DNA from: Octopus vulgaris
Taxonomy: Eukaryota
DNA: 64,000 bases
Direction: 5' to 3'
Assembly: GCA_951406725.2 (NCBI GenBank)
Contig: OX597833.1
Coordinates: 65,596,001-65,660,000, forward strand
In this document: positions 14,513-29,272 of the stretch, in pieces
Numbering within the stretch: the stretch's first letter is position 1
Layout of the letters: each line of letters starts with the position of its first letter
Notes under the pieces: model-generated
The model's database searches: none
Seen by the model: the letters and a program-made list of their open reading frames with translations, nothing else
Told to the model about the DNA's origin: nothing
Translations under genes and position numbers: made by a program

Positions 14513-16003
14513 TATATATATATATATATATATGGGCAGCAGACACACACACACACACACACACATACACACACACACACACACGTACGTATGTACACAT
14601 ATTGCATACATGTTCGTGTCTGTGTGTATTGCCCGTATATCAACAAAACGCATTTTTTCTCGATGGAAAAAAAAACAAACAAAAGTCTTAACAAAAACTT
14701 ACTCGTCGCTCGAAGGGGACTTAATTCCTGTTTGCAAACAATGCTGATTCCCCGACTTGAAAATTGATAAAAGTTTTGGTTGGAAATTTAGTTTTATTGC
14801 TATTCGCTGATGCCTCTAAGGAAAATAATTTGACGAAAATACAGCTAAGATCATGACAAATGCCATCCTAAAAATTAGAGCGACATGCGTGCTAATTTGT
14901 AGACGTGCATAAATTACATTCGCACACACACACACACACACAGACACACACTCATCCGGCCTTTTATATATACAGATATAGCTTAGAAGAGGAAGCAACG
15001 AAGACGTTCTAGAATGAGCTTCTGTCACAAACTGAATCCACACTTCACAGATATTACTATATTTGGTCATCGATGGCACAGCTAGCAATACAGCTAAATG
15101 ACCAACACGCCAGAGGGTCAATCTGATTAACACCGGAAATCTTAGTTTCGAAGCGAAAATTCCTAAGGCTTTCTTATATTCTTTCATTCTTTTGACTGCG
15201 GCCATGCTGTAGCATCACCTTCACTCGAACAAATCGATCCCAGGACTTATTCTTTCCTAGCCTAGTTCTTATTCTATCGGGGTCTTTTGCCGAACCGCTT
15301 CGTTACAGAGACGTAAACACACCAACATCGCCATTTGATTTATGTTACCACTAAACACGTTCGATGATCGACTTAATTAACATCTACAATCTTAATTTCG
15401 AAGCCAAAACCACGAGGCTTATTTGTATATATTTTAAACATTAAAACTGTCATCTTGGTTGCATCTAGACGTTGTGTCATTTTGTTCCACGACGCTTAAG
15501 ATGATCTTTCACCTGTCTTAATGACTTTGGCACTAATAAACCAATACACTGCTAACTCACCTATCGAGCTCAGTTGACAGTATTTGTAATTATTTTTTCA
15601 CTTCTGGAGACATTTCTCTCTAATTATTTTTACGCTGACATTACAATTAAGACTTGCGCTATTTGCCTATCACAAACTCGCACATACAAACACAGAAAAC
15701 TAAGTTTTAAAGAGGCCTTCAGACTATTTTATAACGACATTCGTTCGATAATTCATATTATATAACCAACGTTTGAAATAATGGAAGTCACGCAATAATT
15801 GGAAATACGTAGCTTCGTTATGTTATTACAAACTTTTCTTAATAAATGACCTTCATACAGCCCTGGCAATTGCATTCAATATATATCCCATAGTTACGTG
15901 CGCATGTGTGTGAGACAAACTATAGATATACATTGCTCATATATTATATAACAATATCTTGCCTCTCTTCCCTCTCTCTCTACATATATGTGTATATATA
16001 TAT

Positions 16004-16135
16004 ATAGGCGCAGGAGTGGCTTATAGGCGCAGGAGTGGCTTATAGGCGCAGGAGTGGCTTATAGGCGCAGGAGTGGCTTATAGGCGCAGGAGTGGCTTAT
16101 AGGCACAGGAGTGGCTTATAGACGCAGGAGTGGCT
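16004..16135 (+). repeat. 19-bp minisatellite (ataggcgcaggagtggctt) x7 derived from the SINE-A 5' end
   Basis: The unit matches the first bases of the SINE-A head that follows; there are no spacers. Confidence 0.9.
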
Positions 16136-16290
16136 ATAGGCGTAGGAGTGACTGTTTGGTAAGTAACTTGCTTACCAACCACATGGTTCTGGGTTCAGTC
16201 CCACCTTGGACAAGTGTCTTCTACTATAGCCTCGGGCCGACCAAAGCCTTGTGAGTGGATTTGATACACGGAAAGTGAAATAAGCCCGTC

Positions 16291-16375
<85 letters not shown>

Positions 16376-16640
16376 ATGTATGTATGTATGTATGTATGTA
16401 TGTATGTGTGTGTGTGTGCGTGTGTATGATTGTGTGTATGTGTCTGTCCCCCAGCATCGCTTGACAACCGATGCCGATGTGTTTATGTTCCCGTAACTTA
16501 GTGGTTCGGCAAAATACACCGATAGAATAAGTACTACGCTTACAAAGAATAAGTCCTGGGGTCGATTTTTCCGACTAAAAGGCGGTGCCCGAGCATGGCT
16601 GCAGTCAAATGACTAAAACAAGTAAAAGAATAGAAGAATA
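16136..16640 (+). mobile_element. SINE family A, full length
   Basis: Same head, core and tail as 906-1353. Confidence 0.85.
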
Positions 16641-16660
16641 TATATATATATATATATATG

Positions 16661-16997
16661 TGTGGCGGGGTGCTTTAGTTTCCGTCGAAGCCTAAAGCTG
16701 AAAGATTAGCTTTGCACCATTTTCGAATGAAACGTTCGGAGATGTTTGGCCTTGTGAGTGGTACGAACTGATTAGATTTTGGGATCGATTCGGTACCGGA
16801 CAAGGATTCTGGATTATTTTTTTCCTGTTCTCTTACTTAATTTTTGAGAGCGGTCAGGTTCATTTTTAGAATTCTCATTTGTGAGAGCAGTCTATTTTAT
16901 TTCAGAGTTTCTCATTTTAAAAACCATCTCTGGCTAATCGTTGAGAGGACGTTTGTGTTGCCTTGGTGGAGGTTTGCCCTCTCTGAGTTCTCTTGTT
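16661..16997 (+). mobile_element. Helentron-associated non-autonomous element (HINE-like), degenerate
   Basis: The 3' end ccttggtggaggtttgccctctctgagttctcttgtt resembles the subterminal-repeat plus hairpin ends of Helentron derivatives. Confidence 0.4.
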
Positions 16998-17529
16998 TGT
17001 ATTGTTATTAAGACGACGAATTTTAAACTCTAGAAGGGAAGTGGGTGGGGTGAGATCAAGTCAGAAATCAGCATCAAATTTCTTAAGAATTTTGAGAAGA
17101 TAAATAACGAACGCTGAACATGGACGTTAGATTTGCTAGAAATAACAACTAAGTGTTTCTTAAATTATATTCTATCACCTTCAAAATAGAAAGAAATACA
17201 TTATGTAATGGAAGTTGAGATAAATTATTTCTGACAAGAGGTGGTGGTCGTGGATGGAAATTCTTTGATTACAGGTTTGCCCTTTGTCCAATCATGGTTA
17301 GTCTGGCGCTTCACAGTAAGAGCGGTTTATGTAATCCTAGATACGCTGTGTCTCAAAAACGTTTGGAAGGTCATGGCCGGTGCGCCGTTGGCTAGCGAAC
17401 TGTCTGCATGATCAAAGTTCATCTGGTTCGAAAAACAAGAACAACAACAACAAACAACACAAATTCTAAAAGTATTGGATTTTGAATGAAACAAATAATA
17501 GCTGTCGTTGTCGTTCTTGCTGCAGTTGC

Positions 17530-18184
17530 TGTGGTTAGCGGCGGCGGCGGCGGCGGTGGTGGTGGTGGTGGTGGTGGTGGTGGTGGTGGTGGTAGTGGTA
17601 GTATTAATGAGGATGCTGTTGTTGTTGTTAGTGACGATGGTGGTGGTAGTCGCTGTGGTGCTTGTGGTAGTGGTGGTGCAGGTGGTGGTAGTGATGGTGG
17701 TACTAGCGGTGCTGACAACAGTGTGAACCAGCGGTGGCGCGGTTATGGAGAGGACATATGCTGGCGATGATGGTGGCGGTGTTCGTGCTTTTGTTAATGT
17801 GATGGTAATGTCTGCAGTGGTATGGTCTAATGGTGATGGTGGTGATGGTGGCATTGGTGATGGTGGTGGTCGTGGTAATGGTGGTGATCATGGAATTGGT
17901 GATGGTGGTAGTAGTAGTGATGGTGGTGGTGGTTGTAGTGGTGGTGGTGATGGTGGTGGTGATCATGGAATTGGTGATGGTAGTAGTAGTAGTGATGGTG
18001 GTGGTGGTTGTAGTGGTGGTGGTGGTGGTGGTGGTGATGGTGGTATTGGTGATGGTAGTGGTAGTGGTGGTGATCATGGAATTGGTGATCGTGGCAGTAG
18101 TGCTGGTGGTGGTGGTGGTAGTGGTTGTAGTGGTGGTGGTGGTGGTGGTGGTCGTGGTGGTGGTGGTGGTGGTGTTGGTGGTGG

Positions 18185-18215
<31 letters not shown>

Positions 18216-18450
18216 GCTGGTGCTGGTGCTGGTGGTGGTGGTGGTGGTGCTGGTGGTGGTGGTGGTGGTGGTGGTGGTGGTGGTGGTGGTGGTGGTGGTG
18301 GTGGTGGTGGTGGTGGTGGTGGTGGTGGTGGTGGCGGTAATGGTGGTAGTGGTGGTGGTGGTGATCGTCGTCGTCGTCGTTGTCGTCATGGTCGTAGTCG
18401 TGTTCGTGGTGGGTATGGTAGTTATGGTGGCGGCGGCGGCGGCGGCGGCG
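17530..18450. repeat. (GGT)n-rich compound microsatellite with ~75-bp higher-order unit
   Basis: ggtgatcatggaattggtgat recurs at about 17883, 17958 and 18069. Confidence 0.9.
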
Positions 18451-18863
18451 TTGGTTGTGTTATGCGCGGGTGGAAATGACAGAATCAGTTCCTGATAAGG
18501 AATTAAAGTGGATGAAACGTAATCCCCTTTGGTCATGGTGAATCTGTAGAATTTTGTCGAGCTTATCATCGATTGAGAGAAGAAGGAGAAGCGAATGTGA
18601 AAGTGAAAGTGAAAGTAAAACAAACAAACAACAACAACAACAACAGCAACAACAAAGATAACAACACGAAAACAAAAACAGCAGCGAAAAGAAACTTTAG
18701 AATATAAACAATAACAGCACTAACAACTACACCAACAACAACAACTAAAGTAACAACAACAGAAATAAAAGGCAAACACAGTAGCGACAAAAGCAACTGG
18801 AAAATGATAAGAAAAAGATCCACAGAAACAACGAGAGCAACAATAACAATGACAGCAACAGCA

Positions 18864-19250
18864 GTGGAGGCTCAATGGCCCGATGGTTAGGACAGCGGAC
18901 TCGCGGTCGGAGGATCGCGGTTTCGATTTCGAGACCGGGCGTTGTGTGTTTTTATTGAGCGAAAATACCTAAAGCTCCATGAGTCTCCGGCAGGGGGTGG
19001 GGGGTGGCGACCCCTGTTTTACTCTTTCGCTCCAACTTTCTCTCACTCTCTCTTCCTGCTTTTTGTCCCCGACTCCCTATGCAACCGCTGTGCCTGGATG
19101 CGCATTCATCCATCCGTCGATACTCTCGGTGTCGGGGGTTGACCTGCTTTCTTTTCTGCGGGTCTTACGAATAGCAAAGGACCACGTTTCGGACTTCTCC
19201 CACTACAGAGGTGCGATCTTGCGAGCTCTAGGATGAAGACCGCTTCGCTC
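18864..19250 (+). mobile_element. SINE family C (tRNA head) with tail type 1
   Basis: gtggaggc..tggcc..tggttagg (A box), gtttcgatt (B box). The tail ends gaagaccgct..ctc(aac)n. Confidence 0.85.
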
Positions 19251-19274
19251 AACAACAACAGCAGCCAGCAGCAA

Positions 19275-19635
19275 GTGGAGGCGCAATGGTCCAGTGCTTA
19301 GGGAAGCGGACTCGCGGTCGGAGGATCGCGGTTTCGATTCCCAGATCGGGTGTTGTGTGTGTTTATTGAGCGAAAACACCTAAAGCTCCATGAGGCTCCG
19401 GCAGGGTGGGGGTGGCGACCCCTGTTGTACTCTTTCGCTCCAACTTTCTCTCACTCTTCCTTCCTGTTTCTTGTCCCCGACTTCCTACGCAACCGCTGAG
19501 CCTGGATGCGCATTCATCCATCCGTCGATGCTCTCGGTGTCGGGGGATGACCTGCTTTCTCTTCTGCGGGTCTTACGAATAGCAAAGGACCACGTTTCGG
19601 ATTTCTCCCACACTGGGACGAAGACCGCTTTGCTC
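19275..19635 (+). mobile_element. SINE family C, tail type 1 (second tandem copy)
   Basis: Closely matches 18864-19250, with a small deletion near the 3' end. Confidence 0.85.
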
Positions 19636-20704
19636 AACAAACAAACAGCATTAGAAAATCTTTTATCACAAATGCAAATGCATGTGGCTTCATGGTAACA
19701 TGCTTGGTTTCTAACCATATGGTTCCAGGTTCAGTCCCATTGCGTAGTAACCTTGGTCAAGTGTCCTCTATTGTAACTCGTCACAAGCAAAAGACTTGTG
19801 AGTGAATTTTGTAGAAGGATATTGAAAGAAGCCCGTGGTATATCTATGTATCTCTGTGGGGGTAGATGGATTTTGTTTGGGTGGGTGTGTGTTTATTCGT
19901 AGTTGCCTTTCTGTTAGAAAATGTCGGCCACTACTGATTGACAACCGGTGATCGTTTGTTTACGTGACTGTAAGTTAGTGATTCATCAAAAGAGACCAAT
20001 ATAATAAATATTAGACTTAAAAGCAAAAGAAAAGTTTGTTCGGTAACGATTTGTTTGACTAAACTCTCCAATGTGGTACTTTAGCATGGCCGCAATCAAA
20101 TGTGTGTAATAGACATAAGATAATATAATAATATAATCACTGTTTGAGTTGCCTAATAGTGGTTTTATCTCTAATTCATGTTTCATTTATATATATATAT
20201 ATTATATAAATGTGAGATAGGACGGTCATGCCTAGAATGCGTCTGTTCATGAGTCTAGTTCAACGGGAGTGGATTGGATACTGAAGAAGATGGAGTAAGA
20301 AAATGGCTTGAAGGTAGAAAATAAGAAGTAAAACAAGAAGAAGGAAGAGGAAGAGAATAAAAGACGGGAGAAACAGTACCAACAACGAGGAATGAAGTCT
20401 TAACCAGCCGATAACCTGACGACCTGTTAGATAACAAGCTGTCCCTCGCATTCAGGCAGACGACAACACAAACAAACATGGACACTGTGTCGTCTGCTTC
20501 TAAGGATTCTGTTCCAAACTGTTGTTTATTTGTAATCTAACATTTAAGCTAGACGATTAATACAGCGGCAAACTAATGTGATTGGTCGCAAAACGCTGTT
20601 ACTGTATACTTAATCTTTGCCTGATTCTATTGCCTACATGTATTTATGAATGTGGGTATAAATATAGATAGATAGAGGGAGAGAGAGATTAGATATATAG
20701 ATTA

Positions 20705-20967
<263 letters not shown>

Positions 20968-21982
20968 TCTACCATAATAATACGCTTGTGTTTTTTCGTC
21001 ACAACGTATGAATGAGAAAGGAAGGGGTGATAGGTGAATAAGGAAGGAAGGGATGATAGCAAACCTGTGAGATGGTGAACATTCAACGATGAAAGGAAAA
21101 ATCAAACAGAGTTTCAACTCTGTGTGAGAATAGGTGTGTATGCGTGTGCGTGTACAAGGGAAGTATGTGGATGTATGTGAAAAATGACAAGTTTATTTGA
21201 TTTACCATCCATATTTATATATAAAATACTACAATTAGCCATCATTTTTGACAGCACAGGATGGATCAGCCAGTATATTTTATAAAATCATAGAGCGTAT
21301 TGCAAACTTTCGTTCTTGAATTTTTTAACTAATAAATGTCTGTTTTAAACGATGTCTTGACTTTTATTTCTAGCAACTCCTGTTGGTTTGTTCGTCGCTT
21401 TTAAATATTTAATTTGCTCGCGCATGTTTTAATGTTTACTGCATTCGTGTATATGTTGATGTTTTGACTGTTATATCTAGCAATGTTTTGACATGTCAAT
21501 GCCTCCCCTCCAAATGATGGAAGAGGTAGCGAACGTGCGGTTTTCTGATTGGCTAAAACATTCTGAAAATTATCAAACTTCGAATACCTGTAACGCTTTT
21601 GCAAAAGTTTTCTGGAATAAATGAATAACAATTTCGGATTCAGCGTCAAAAATTACATCTATATGCTACATTAAAAATTGTTTTTAAAGATAATTCTAAA
21701 CAGTGACGAAAACCTTAAGGATCCAACCGGACTTAACGCAGAATAGTAAACTGGAATTTTGCTAGAGCAGACAGTGCCATGGGAAGAGAACATCGCTAAT
21801 GTAGGGCAACAGAAGGAGAAGTATGAGAGATTTATCCAACAGTGGTACTTGATTTATCGACCCCAAAAGGATGAAAGAACAAAGTCAACCTAGGCGGAAT
21901 TTGAACTCAAGAACGAAACAACGAATGAAATGCCGCAAAGAATTTTGCTGTGCGTGCTAACGAGTATCCCTGCTCTCGCCGA

Positions 21983-21984
<2 letters not shown>

Positions 21985-22074
<90 letters not shown>

Positions 22075-22235
22075 CAACAACAACAACAACAACAACTACA
22101 ATAATAATAATAATAATAAAATAATAATAATGATGATGATAATAATAATGATAATGATAATAATAACAATAATAATAATACTGTTATTATTATTATTAAT
22201 TTTATCATTATCAATTATCTTCATCACCATCATCA

Positions 22236-22278
<43 letters not shown>

Positions 22279-22316
22279 CATCATCATCATCGTTATTATT
22301 ATTATTATTATTTGTC

Positions 22317-22351
<35 letters not shown>

Positions 22352-22599
22352 CGTAACAAAAGTAGTAGTAGTAGTAGTAGTAGTAGTAGCAGTAGTAGAA
22401 GTAGTAGTAGTAGTACTAATACTAATACTACAACTACTACTACTACAACTACTAGTAATACTACCACCACTACTACTACTATTCGCATTATTACCACTGC
22501 TTCGACTTCCACAAAACCAACAGCAACAACTACTACAGCTACTAATACTGCTACTACAACAACTGCTACTACTACTACTACTACAACCACTACTACTGT

Positions 22600-22646
<47 letters not shown>

Positions 22647-22690
22647 TCACAACTACTACTACTACAAATACAATTACCAGCGTTATTATC
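21985..22690. repeat. Compound trinucleotide tract (AAT/ATT/AGT/ACT)
   Basis: Directly visible. Confidence 0.95.
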
Positions 22691-23359
22691 AATATCGCGG
22701 TGCTCGTATCCGAAACGAAAAGATGCTATAGGCTAAATGAAAAATCAATTATTTCAATTAGGTTCAGTATCGATTATTATTCAACAGTTGTTTGTATATT
22801 TCTGTTTGTTCATTTGTTTATTCATGTATCGATTTTTGATTGTTTTTGTTTAGCTTTGTATTTTTCTCCTTTGTTTTGTTTTTTAAAATTTTTGTGTGTT
22901 TGTTTGTTTACGGTATTTATGGAAATTATTTGATAATCTAAGAAAATATACTATATTAGGTTTAGTGTTGTATTTTATTTTATTTTATTTTAGTATTTCT
23001 ATTGTCCAAATCAGAATAGATATAAGTGGAAGAGATTGGAAGTAGGAGGTAGATAATGTGAAGAGGAATGGGTAGGAAGAGGAGGAGGGAGGGAGTGAAT
23101 GAGAGGGTGAGATGTTGTATGATGGAAGATAGAGAGAGAGAGTAGGAGGGAGAGTAAGTATTAAAGGGACAGAGGAGAGAAGGCAGGAATGAAAAGAAGA
23201 TGAGAGCTAAATATAGAAAAAAAAAATGGTTGCAGACAGATAGAGTGAGAGAAAGAGAGTGCGATAAGGAGAAAGATGGATAGATAGAAAGATAGAGAGA
23301 GAGAGACGGAAACAGAGAGGAGGGACAGACAGATAAACAGACAGACAGACAGACAAATT

Positions 23360-23411
<52 letters not shown>

Positions 23412-23412
23412 T

Positions 23413-23482
23413 GTTTCTTTATTAGCCACACAGGGCTGCACACAGATAGAACAAATTACAAGGTAGAGCTTTTCTTTTGAAT

Positions 23483-23524
<42 letters not shown>

Positions 23525-23613
23525 GGGGGAGTTTCGATCAAAAGGGATCGTAAAAGGAGAGAAGGAGGACAAAAAAAAAGGGGGGTTAAAAAAAGGGGGA
23601 GAGGAAGAAAAAG

Positions 23614-23654
<41 letters not shown>

Positions 23655-24552
23655 CAATAGGGATCGTTATCACAGAAATGTCAATATGAAGTGTAAAGGG
23701 GAGGACAGGTGAGGTTTACCCGTGGAAAGAAAAGCCTACGGAAAAGACCACGGTAACCTCGGTCAATGAAGTCACATTTTATATTTCTTTTTTTTTTTTT
23801 TTTTTTTTTGCAAATAAGCAACTCTCTGTTTTCGATTTCTGGGTTCATAGGACTATGCTCAAGGTGGCTTCGTCATTCATACGTGCCATTCTTGCTACAT
23901 TCACCCATCTTTTTTTAAAACATTCGCTAGACAAAACTTGCCTCTCTACTCTCACTTTCCTTTTCAAGTGGTACTTGAAGAAGTTGATGAGAGATTGACC
24001 AGAGAGGAAAGTGTTTGTCTCCAATCCTTTCAGACGCGTCCACCAGATACATTCTTTCGCCATAGCCACAAGGATGATGAAAATAGCTCTTCCTTCCCGT
24101 TTGAAGGAAGGAGGCGTGACAATATTGACGATAGACTCAGCTGATAAACCGACTCGTCCCACACGTGACAGCAGTTGTTCGACATAAGCCCACAGGTCGG
24201 AAATTGTTGGACACTGAACGAGTGCGTGCAGAACGGTTTCGTCGCTCTGACCGCATCTCGGGCAGGTCGGCCCCGTGTTTCTCGAGCCGTGTCTGTAGAG
24301 CTTATCCCGAACGGGTAGCGCTTCTCGGTAGCACTGCCAGGCCAGGGATCTCTGGAAGTTGTCCATGGGCCCTGGCCCGAAAGTCGTCCTGAACAGGCGG
24401 GTCAGGTACTCCTCGTCGACGTCCAGGTTCGCCCCGAGCTCGTCGTCGTACCTCCCCTCCACTAAACCCCTATAGAATGCTTTGGTTGTGTTGAAGTCAC
24501 TTAAGGTCGACCCAGGACGGCAGAGTTGCTTGAGAGCAACGCGACACTCGCG
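23413..24552 (-). mobile_element. 5'-truncated Tx1/L1-clade-like LINE (ORF2 C-terminus plus 3' UTR) inserted in (GATA)n
   Basis: The ORF2 remnant has a CCHC finger, the 3' UTR is U-rich, and (GATA)n lies on both flanks. Confidence 0.8.
23845..24552 (-). pseudogene. LINE ORF2 C-terminal fragment with RT-associated zinc finger (zf-RVT-like)
   Basis: W..YREALPVRDKL..CPRCGQSDETVLHALVQC..W motif in an uninterrupted frame of ~235 codons. The upstream part of the listed ORF is microsatellite. Confidence 0.8.
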
Positions 24553-24615
<63 letters not shown>

Positions 24616-24665
24616 GAAAGAGGGGGAGGGACAGACAGATAAACAGACAGGCAGACAGACAGACG

Positions 24666-24749
<84 letters not shown>

Positions 24750-25148
24750 CATCAATCCATACATACATACATGGATGGATTGACACATCGATGAATAGAT
24801 TAATTGACTGATAGATACAAATATATATACAACTAGACAGACACAAATACACAGACAGACAGACAGATAGACAAATAGAGAGACAGACAGATAGATACAC
24901 AGGCAGACAGAGAGACAGATAGCTAGATAGACAGATAATGATAAAAGATATGTACAATCATTGATAAGTAAGTAATAGATAACAGAGAGTGGAAGAGATA
25001 GGAATGATGAAAGTTCCTAAGACGTTGAGTGACAGAAAGATAATGCTGGAGTGAGAGAGAGACAGACAGAGAGAGAGAGAAAGAGAGAGTAGAATACAGA
25101 GAGTCGAAAAGAAAGCAAGAAAGACAGAGAGAGAGAAGGAAGGATAAA

Positions 25149-25149
<1 letters not shown>

Positions 25150-25183
<34 letters not shown>

Positions 25184-25194
25184 GGAGAAAGAAA

Positions 25195-25236
<42 letters not shown>

Positions 25237-25333
25237 ATGAGAGAAAGAAAGGAAGAAAGGGAGAAAGAAAGAAAGAAAGAAAGAATGAGAGAAAGAAAGG
25301 AAGAAAGGGAGAGAGAAAGAAAGAAAGAATGAG

Positions 25334-25392
<59 letters not shown>

Positions 25393-25425
25393 ATGAGAGA
25401 AAGAAAGAAAGAAAGAAAGAAAGAA

Positions 25426-25456
<31 letters not shown>

Positions 25457-25490
25457 GGAGAAAGAAAGGAAGAATGAGAGAAAGAATGAG

Positions 25491-25529
<39 letters not shown>

Positions 25530-25562
25530 ATGAGAGAAAGAAAGTGAGAAAGAAAGAAAGGG

Positions 25563-25612
<50 letters not shown>

Positions 25613-25630
25613 GGAGAAAGAAAGAACGAG

Positions 25631-25665
<35 letters not shown>

Positions 25666-25718
25666 ACGAGAGAAAGAAAGAAAGAAAGAAAGAAAGAAAG
25701 GGAGAAAGAAAGAAAGAT
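25150..25718. repeat. (GAAA)n polypurine microsatellite
   Basis: Directly visible. Confidence 0.95.
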
Positions 25719-26220
25719 AATGTCAGAAAAGAATTATGGGTGGCTTATCTGGTATTCCTTGAAGGAATCTATCCAGACTCCAACAAATGATAGACAGAAG
25801 ATGGAATATATTATTAATCACAACAATTGTTTCGACACGTCAAGCATCGACTCCTCTTGTGGGACACACAAAAACTGCTTCAGGTGTATGCCGTGGTGCA
25901 GACCTATCACGCCGGGTCATAAATAAATAAATAAATAAATAAAACTCCTTAAAATGACTGTACAATAACTCAACAGTCAAATGACTGAAACAGGTAAAAT
26001 AGTAAAAGACTATACGCCCTCCTATATTAATCTTTACATGAGAAAGTTTGTTAATGAATTCAAAATTCAGCTTGCCATCCATTTTTCGAAGTCCCTTTCA
26101 ACCTTTTCTATATAATATTTAATAAACCTATATCCTACTAAACATATGGAACAGTCTTTCAGTTTATCGCTAAATTGTTTTCATAAATAACTTCACACAA
26201 AAAAAAACCCTAATACATAC

Positions 26221-26259
<39 letters not shown>

Positions 26260-26558
26260 TGTATATACATATGTATGTTTGTGTATATATACATATACAG
26301 AGAGAGAAAGAGAGGAGAGAAAGTGAGTGCGATAATACCCGAAATTTCTTTGAAGCCTTCTAGGTTTAGCAAAAAGAACGTATGAATTATGCAGGGGTCC
26401 TTTTCCTCTGGTATTCTGTGTTATACTAAAAATCAACACGTTCATATTCAACTACACTCGAACAAACCTTCCATATCGCTATACAAACTAAACATCAAGG
26501 CACACAACTTCATAGCCATTCAACCTGAATTTACATACACATACATATATATGTATAC

Positions 26559-26669
<111 letters not shown>

Positions 26670-26763
26670 CACACACTCACACACATATATATATATATCT
26701 GTGTATACATGAATACATACATACATAGACATATATATATGTATATATATATTTTTATATATA

Positions 26764-26866
<103 letters not shown>

Positions 26867-28035
26867 AAGATTATAAGTAATATCTATCTAGCTGATATAT
26901 GTATGAAGCGTATAAGTAATTCTTCTATCAAATTTAGCGTTATTCCGGCTACACCCTTTGATATTTTGCATAAAAGCAATCATCCAACCTTACGTCTATC
27001 AATCTTTTATTTCTTTCCTAGCGTTTCTCCTCTGAGAATATTCGACATTTTCCTTTTTCCTATTTTTTCTTTTTTTCAAACCGACAGGGAAAACCTAATT
27101 TTTCATTTTGATAAAAGGAAAAATGGTCGTTCTGTTAAACTAGCTCCATCTATTCTCCTATAACTTATATAATATAAGCATCCTTCAGGTTCAGAATTCA
27201 AACTTGACATGTGTCATTGTCAGAATATCGTCATCATTTTCCCCTTTTGAGCTTCTCTTAGATGCCTAAATCGATTGGAATCTAAAGAGACAAACGAACA
27301 AATATCAGTGGTTTGAAATCTCTCTGTGGTTCAGATCTCTCTTTTTATTTATTTAAATTGTTATTTATTTATTCATTCTTTTGGTTGTGGCTTGGTTAGA
27401 GCAGAAAAGGCAAAGCTCCCAGGAAAATTTTATAGGATATCCGTGTCTGTTGCGTTGAAAGAATGAAAGTCTTCTTACCCTAAACGAGAGGCCGAGTGCA
27501 AATATTTGCAAAAGAGAATAACATTGGTTTTACAGAAAACACCTTCAAATAAAGACATACTTACACTTACATTCATAGTCATCACACGTACTCATATAGA
27601 TATAAGCGAATCTAAACCTCAGTTTCATCTTAAGAGGTTCTGGTGTAAAGAACAACCATATCAGTAACGCCAACATATCCTGCTTGATTGTGGAGTATGC
27701 ACTTTCTTATAAAAAAGTAGAAAAAATGTTAAGTAGGTAATAGATAACAGAAAGTACAAGAGATAGAAATAATAAACGCTTGAAACATCCAATGCAAGAG
27801 AGAGAGAGAGAGAGAGAGTAGAATAGAGAGTCGGAAAGAAAGCAAAGAGACAGAGAGAGGGGGGGTCAGTTTGGGATTAAACCGGATGATGTCTAAAGTC
27901 CACCAATCAATCAGAGTGTGTTGCTCTGGTTCAGGTTGTGACAATTGTCAATATGATTGGCAGTACTTCCCAAAACAACAATAGCTATATACGTGGCCAT
28001 TATTACTATTATTATTATTATTATTGTTGTTATTG

Positions 28036-28129
<94 letters not shown>

Positions 28130-28299
28130 CATTATTATTAGCATTATTATTATCTCTCTATTTATGTATAGGCGCAACATGACTGTGATAAGTGGTTTGC
28201 TTCCGAACCGCTTGTTTCAAAGCAGTGGATTCAGTGCTACTGCGTGGGACCTTCAACAAGTCTCTTCAACTATATTCTCGGGCCTCCCAAAGCCTTGTG

Positions 28300-28399
<100 letters not shown>

Positions 28400-28414
28400 A
28401 TTATTATTTTATTA

Positions 28415-28845
28415 TTATTTTTTTTTTTTTCCTTCTTTCTTCAGATTGTCTTCCGTTTCTCGCCAAGTGTTTTTCCGTACACCTAGAGCAGAGAAGCTCA
28501 TTGTATGCATTCCCAGATTATACACGCAAATTCACAGGTAAAATATGTATTTAAAAAATTAATAAACAAATAAATTCATGGATGGATGTTGTTTTCACAG
28601 CCATAATGCTCTTCTCAATACATGGGTCGTTCCAGTTAACAAGATTTTCTGCACTTCCTGTAGGGATGGTAAGCATGGTATCATTTTCAAATAGGTTTCA
28701 ATACTTTTTTTTTATCATTCCTAGAGATCCTACAATCACTGGTACTGTAGTCGCCTTGAGATGCCACATTTTTTTCAATTTCTATTAGAAAGTCTTTATA
28801 TTTACTAATCTTGTCAAATTCTTTCGCCGCTATATTGTGATCGCA
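28415..28845 (-). mobile_element. R4/Dong-like non-LTR retrotransposon 3' fragment in (TAA)n
   Basis: The frameshifted minus strand reads DHNIAAKEFDKISKYKDFLIEIEK/MWHLKATTVPVIVGSLG..LQEVQKILLTGTTHVLRRAL*, the C-terminus of a restriction-like endonuclease (RLE) domain. (TTA)n lies on both sides. Confidence 0.8.
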
Positions 28846-28849
28846 TTAA

Positions 28850-28906
<57 letters not shown>

Positions 28907-29014
28907 CATTATTATTATTATCATTATTGTTATCATCATCATCATCATCATTATTATTATTATTATTATTATTAATATTATTATCATTATGATTATTATC
29001 ATTATTATTATTAA

Positions 29015-29053
<39 letters not shown>

Positions 29054-29175
29054 TATTATTATTATTATTATTATCATTATTATTATTATTATTATTATCA
29101 TTATTATTCTTATTCTTATTCTTATCATTATCATCATCATCATCATCATTATTATTATTATCATCATCATCATCA

Positions 29176-29236
<61 letters not shown>

Positions 29237-29272
29237 CATTATCATCATCATTATTATTATTATTATTATTAT
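28846..29272. repeat. (ATT)n/(ATC)n microsatellite
   Basis: Directly visible. Confidence 0.95.

Noticed and set aside
16004-16135. CRISPR-like array
   Set aside because: The repeats are contiguous without spacers and derive from the SINE head. There are no cas genes and the context is eukaryotic.
17703-18623. Thr-rich mucin-like ORF (-) and Gly-rich ORF (+); similar ORFs at 62517-63461
   Set aside because: (GGT)n tract open in several frames, with no signal peptide, domain or convincing splice context.
18864-18940. tRNA genes (also 19275, 49868 and SINE A/B heads)
   Set aside because: A/B boxes are present, but the acceptor stem is incomplete and the sequence continues into SINE bodies.
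20456-20497. 10-bp-stem hairpin gcagacgaca/tgtcgtctgc
   Set aside because: Too short for a miRNA precursor and single-copy here; compatible with chance.
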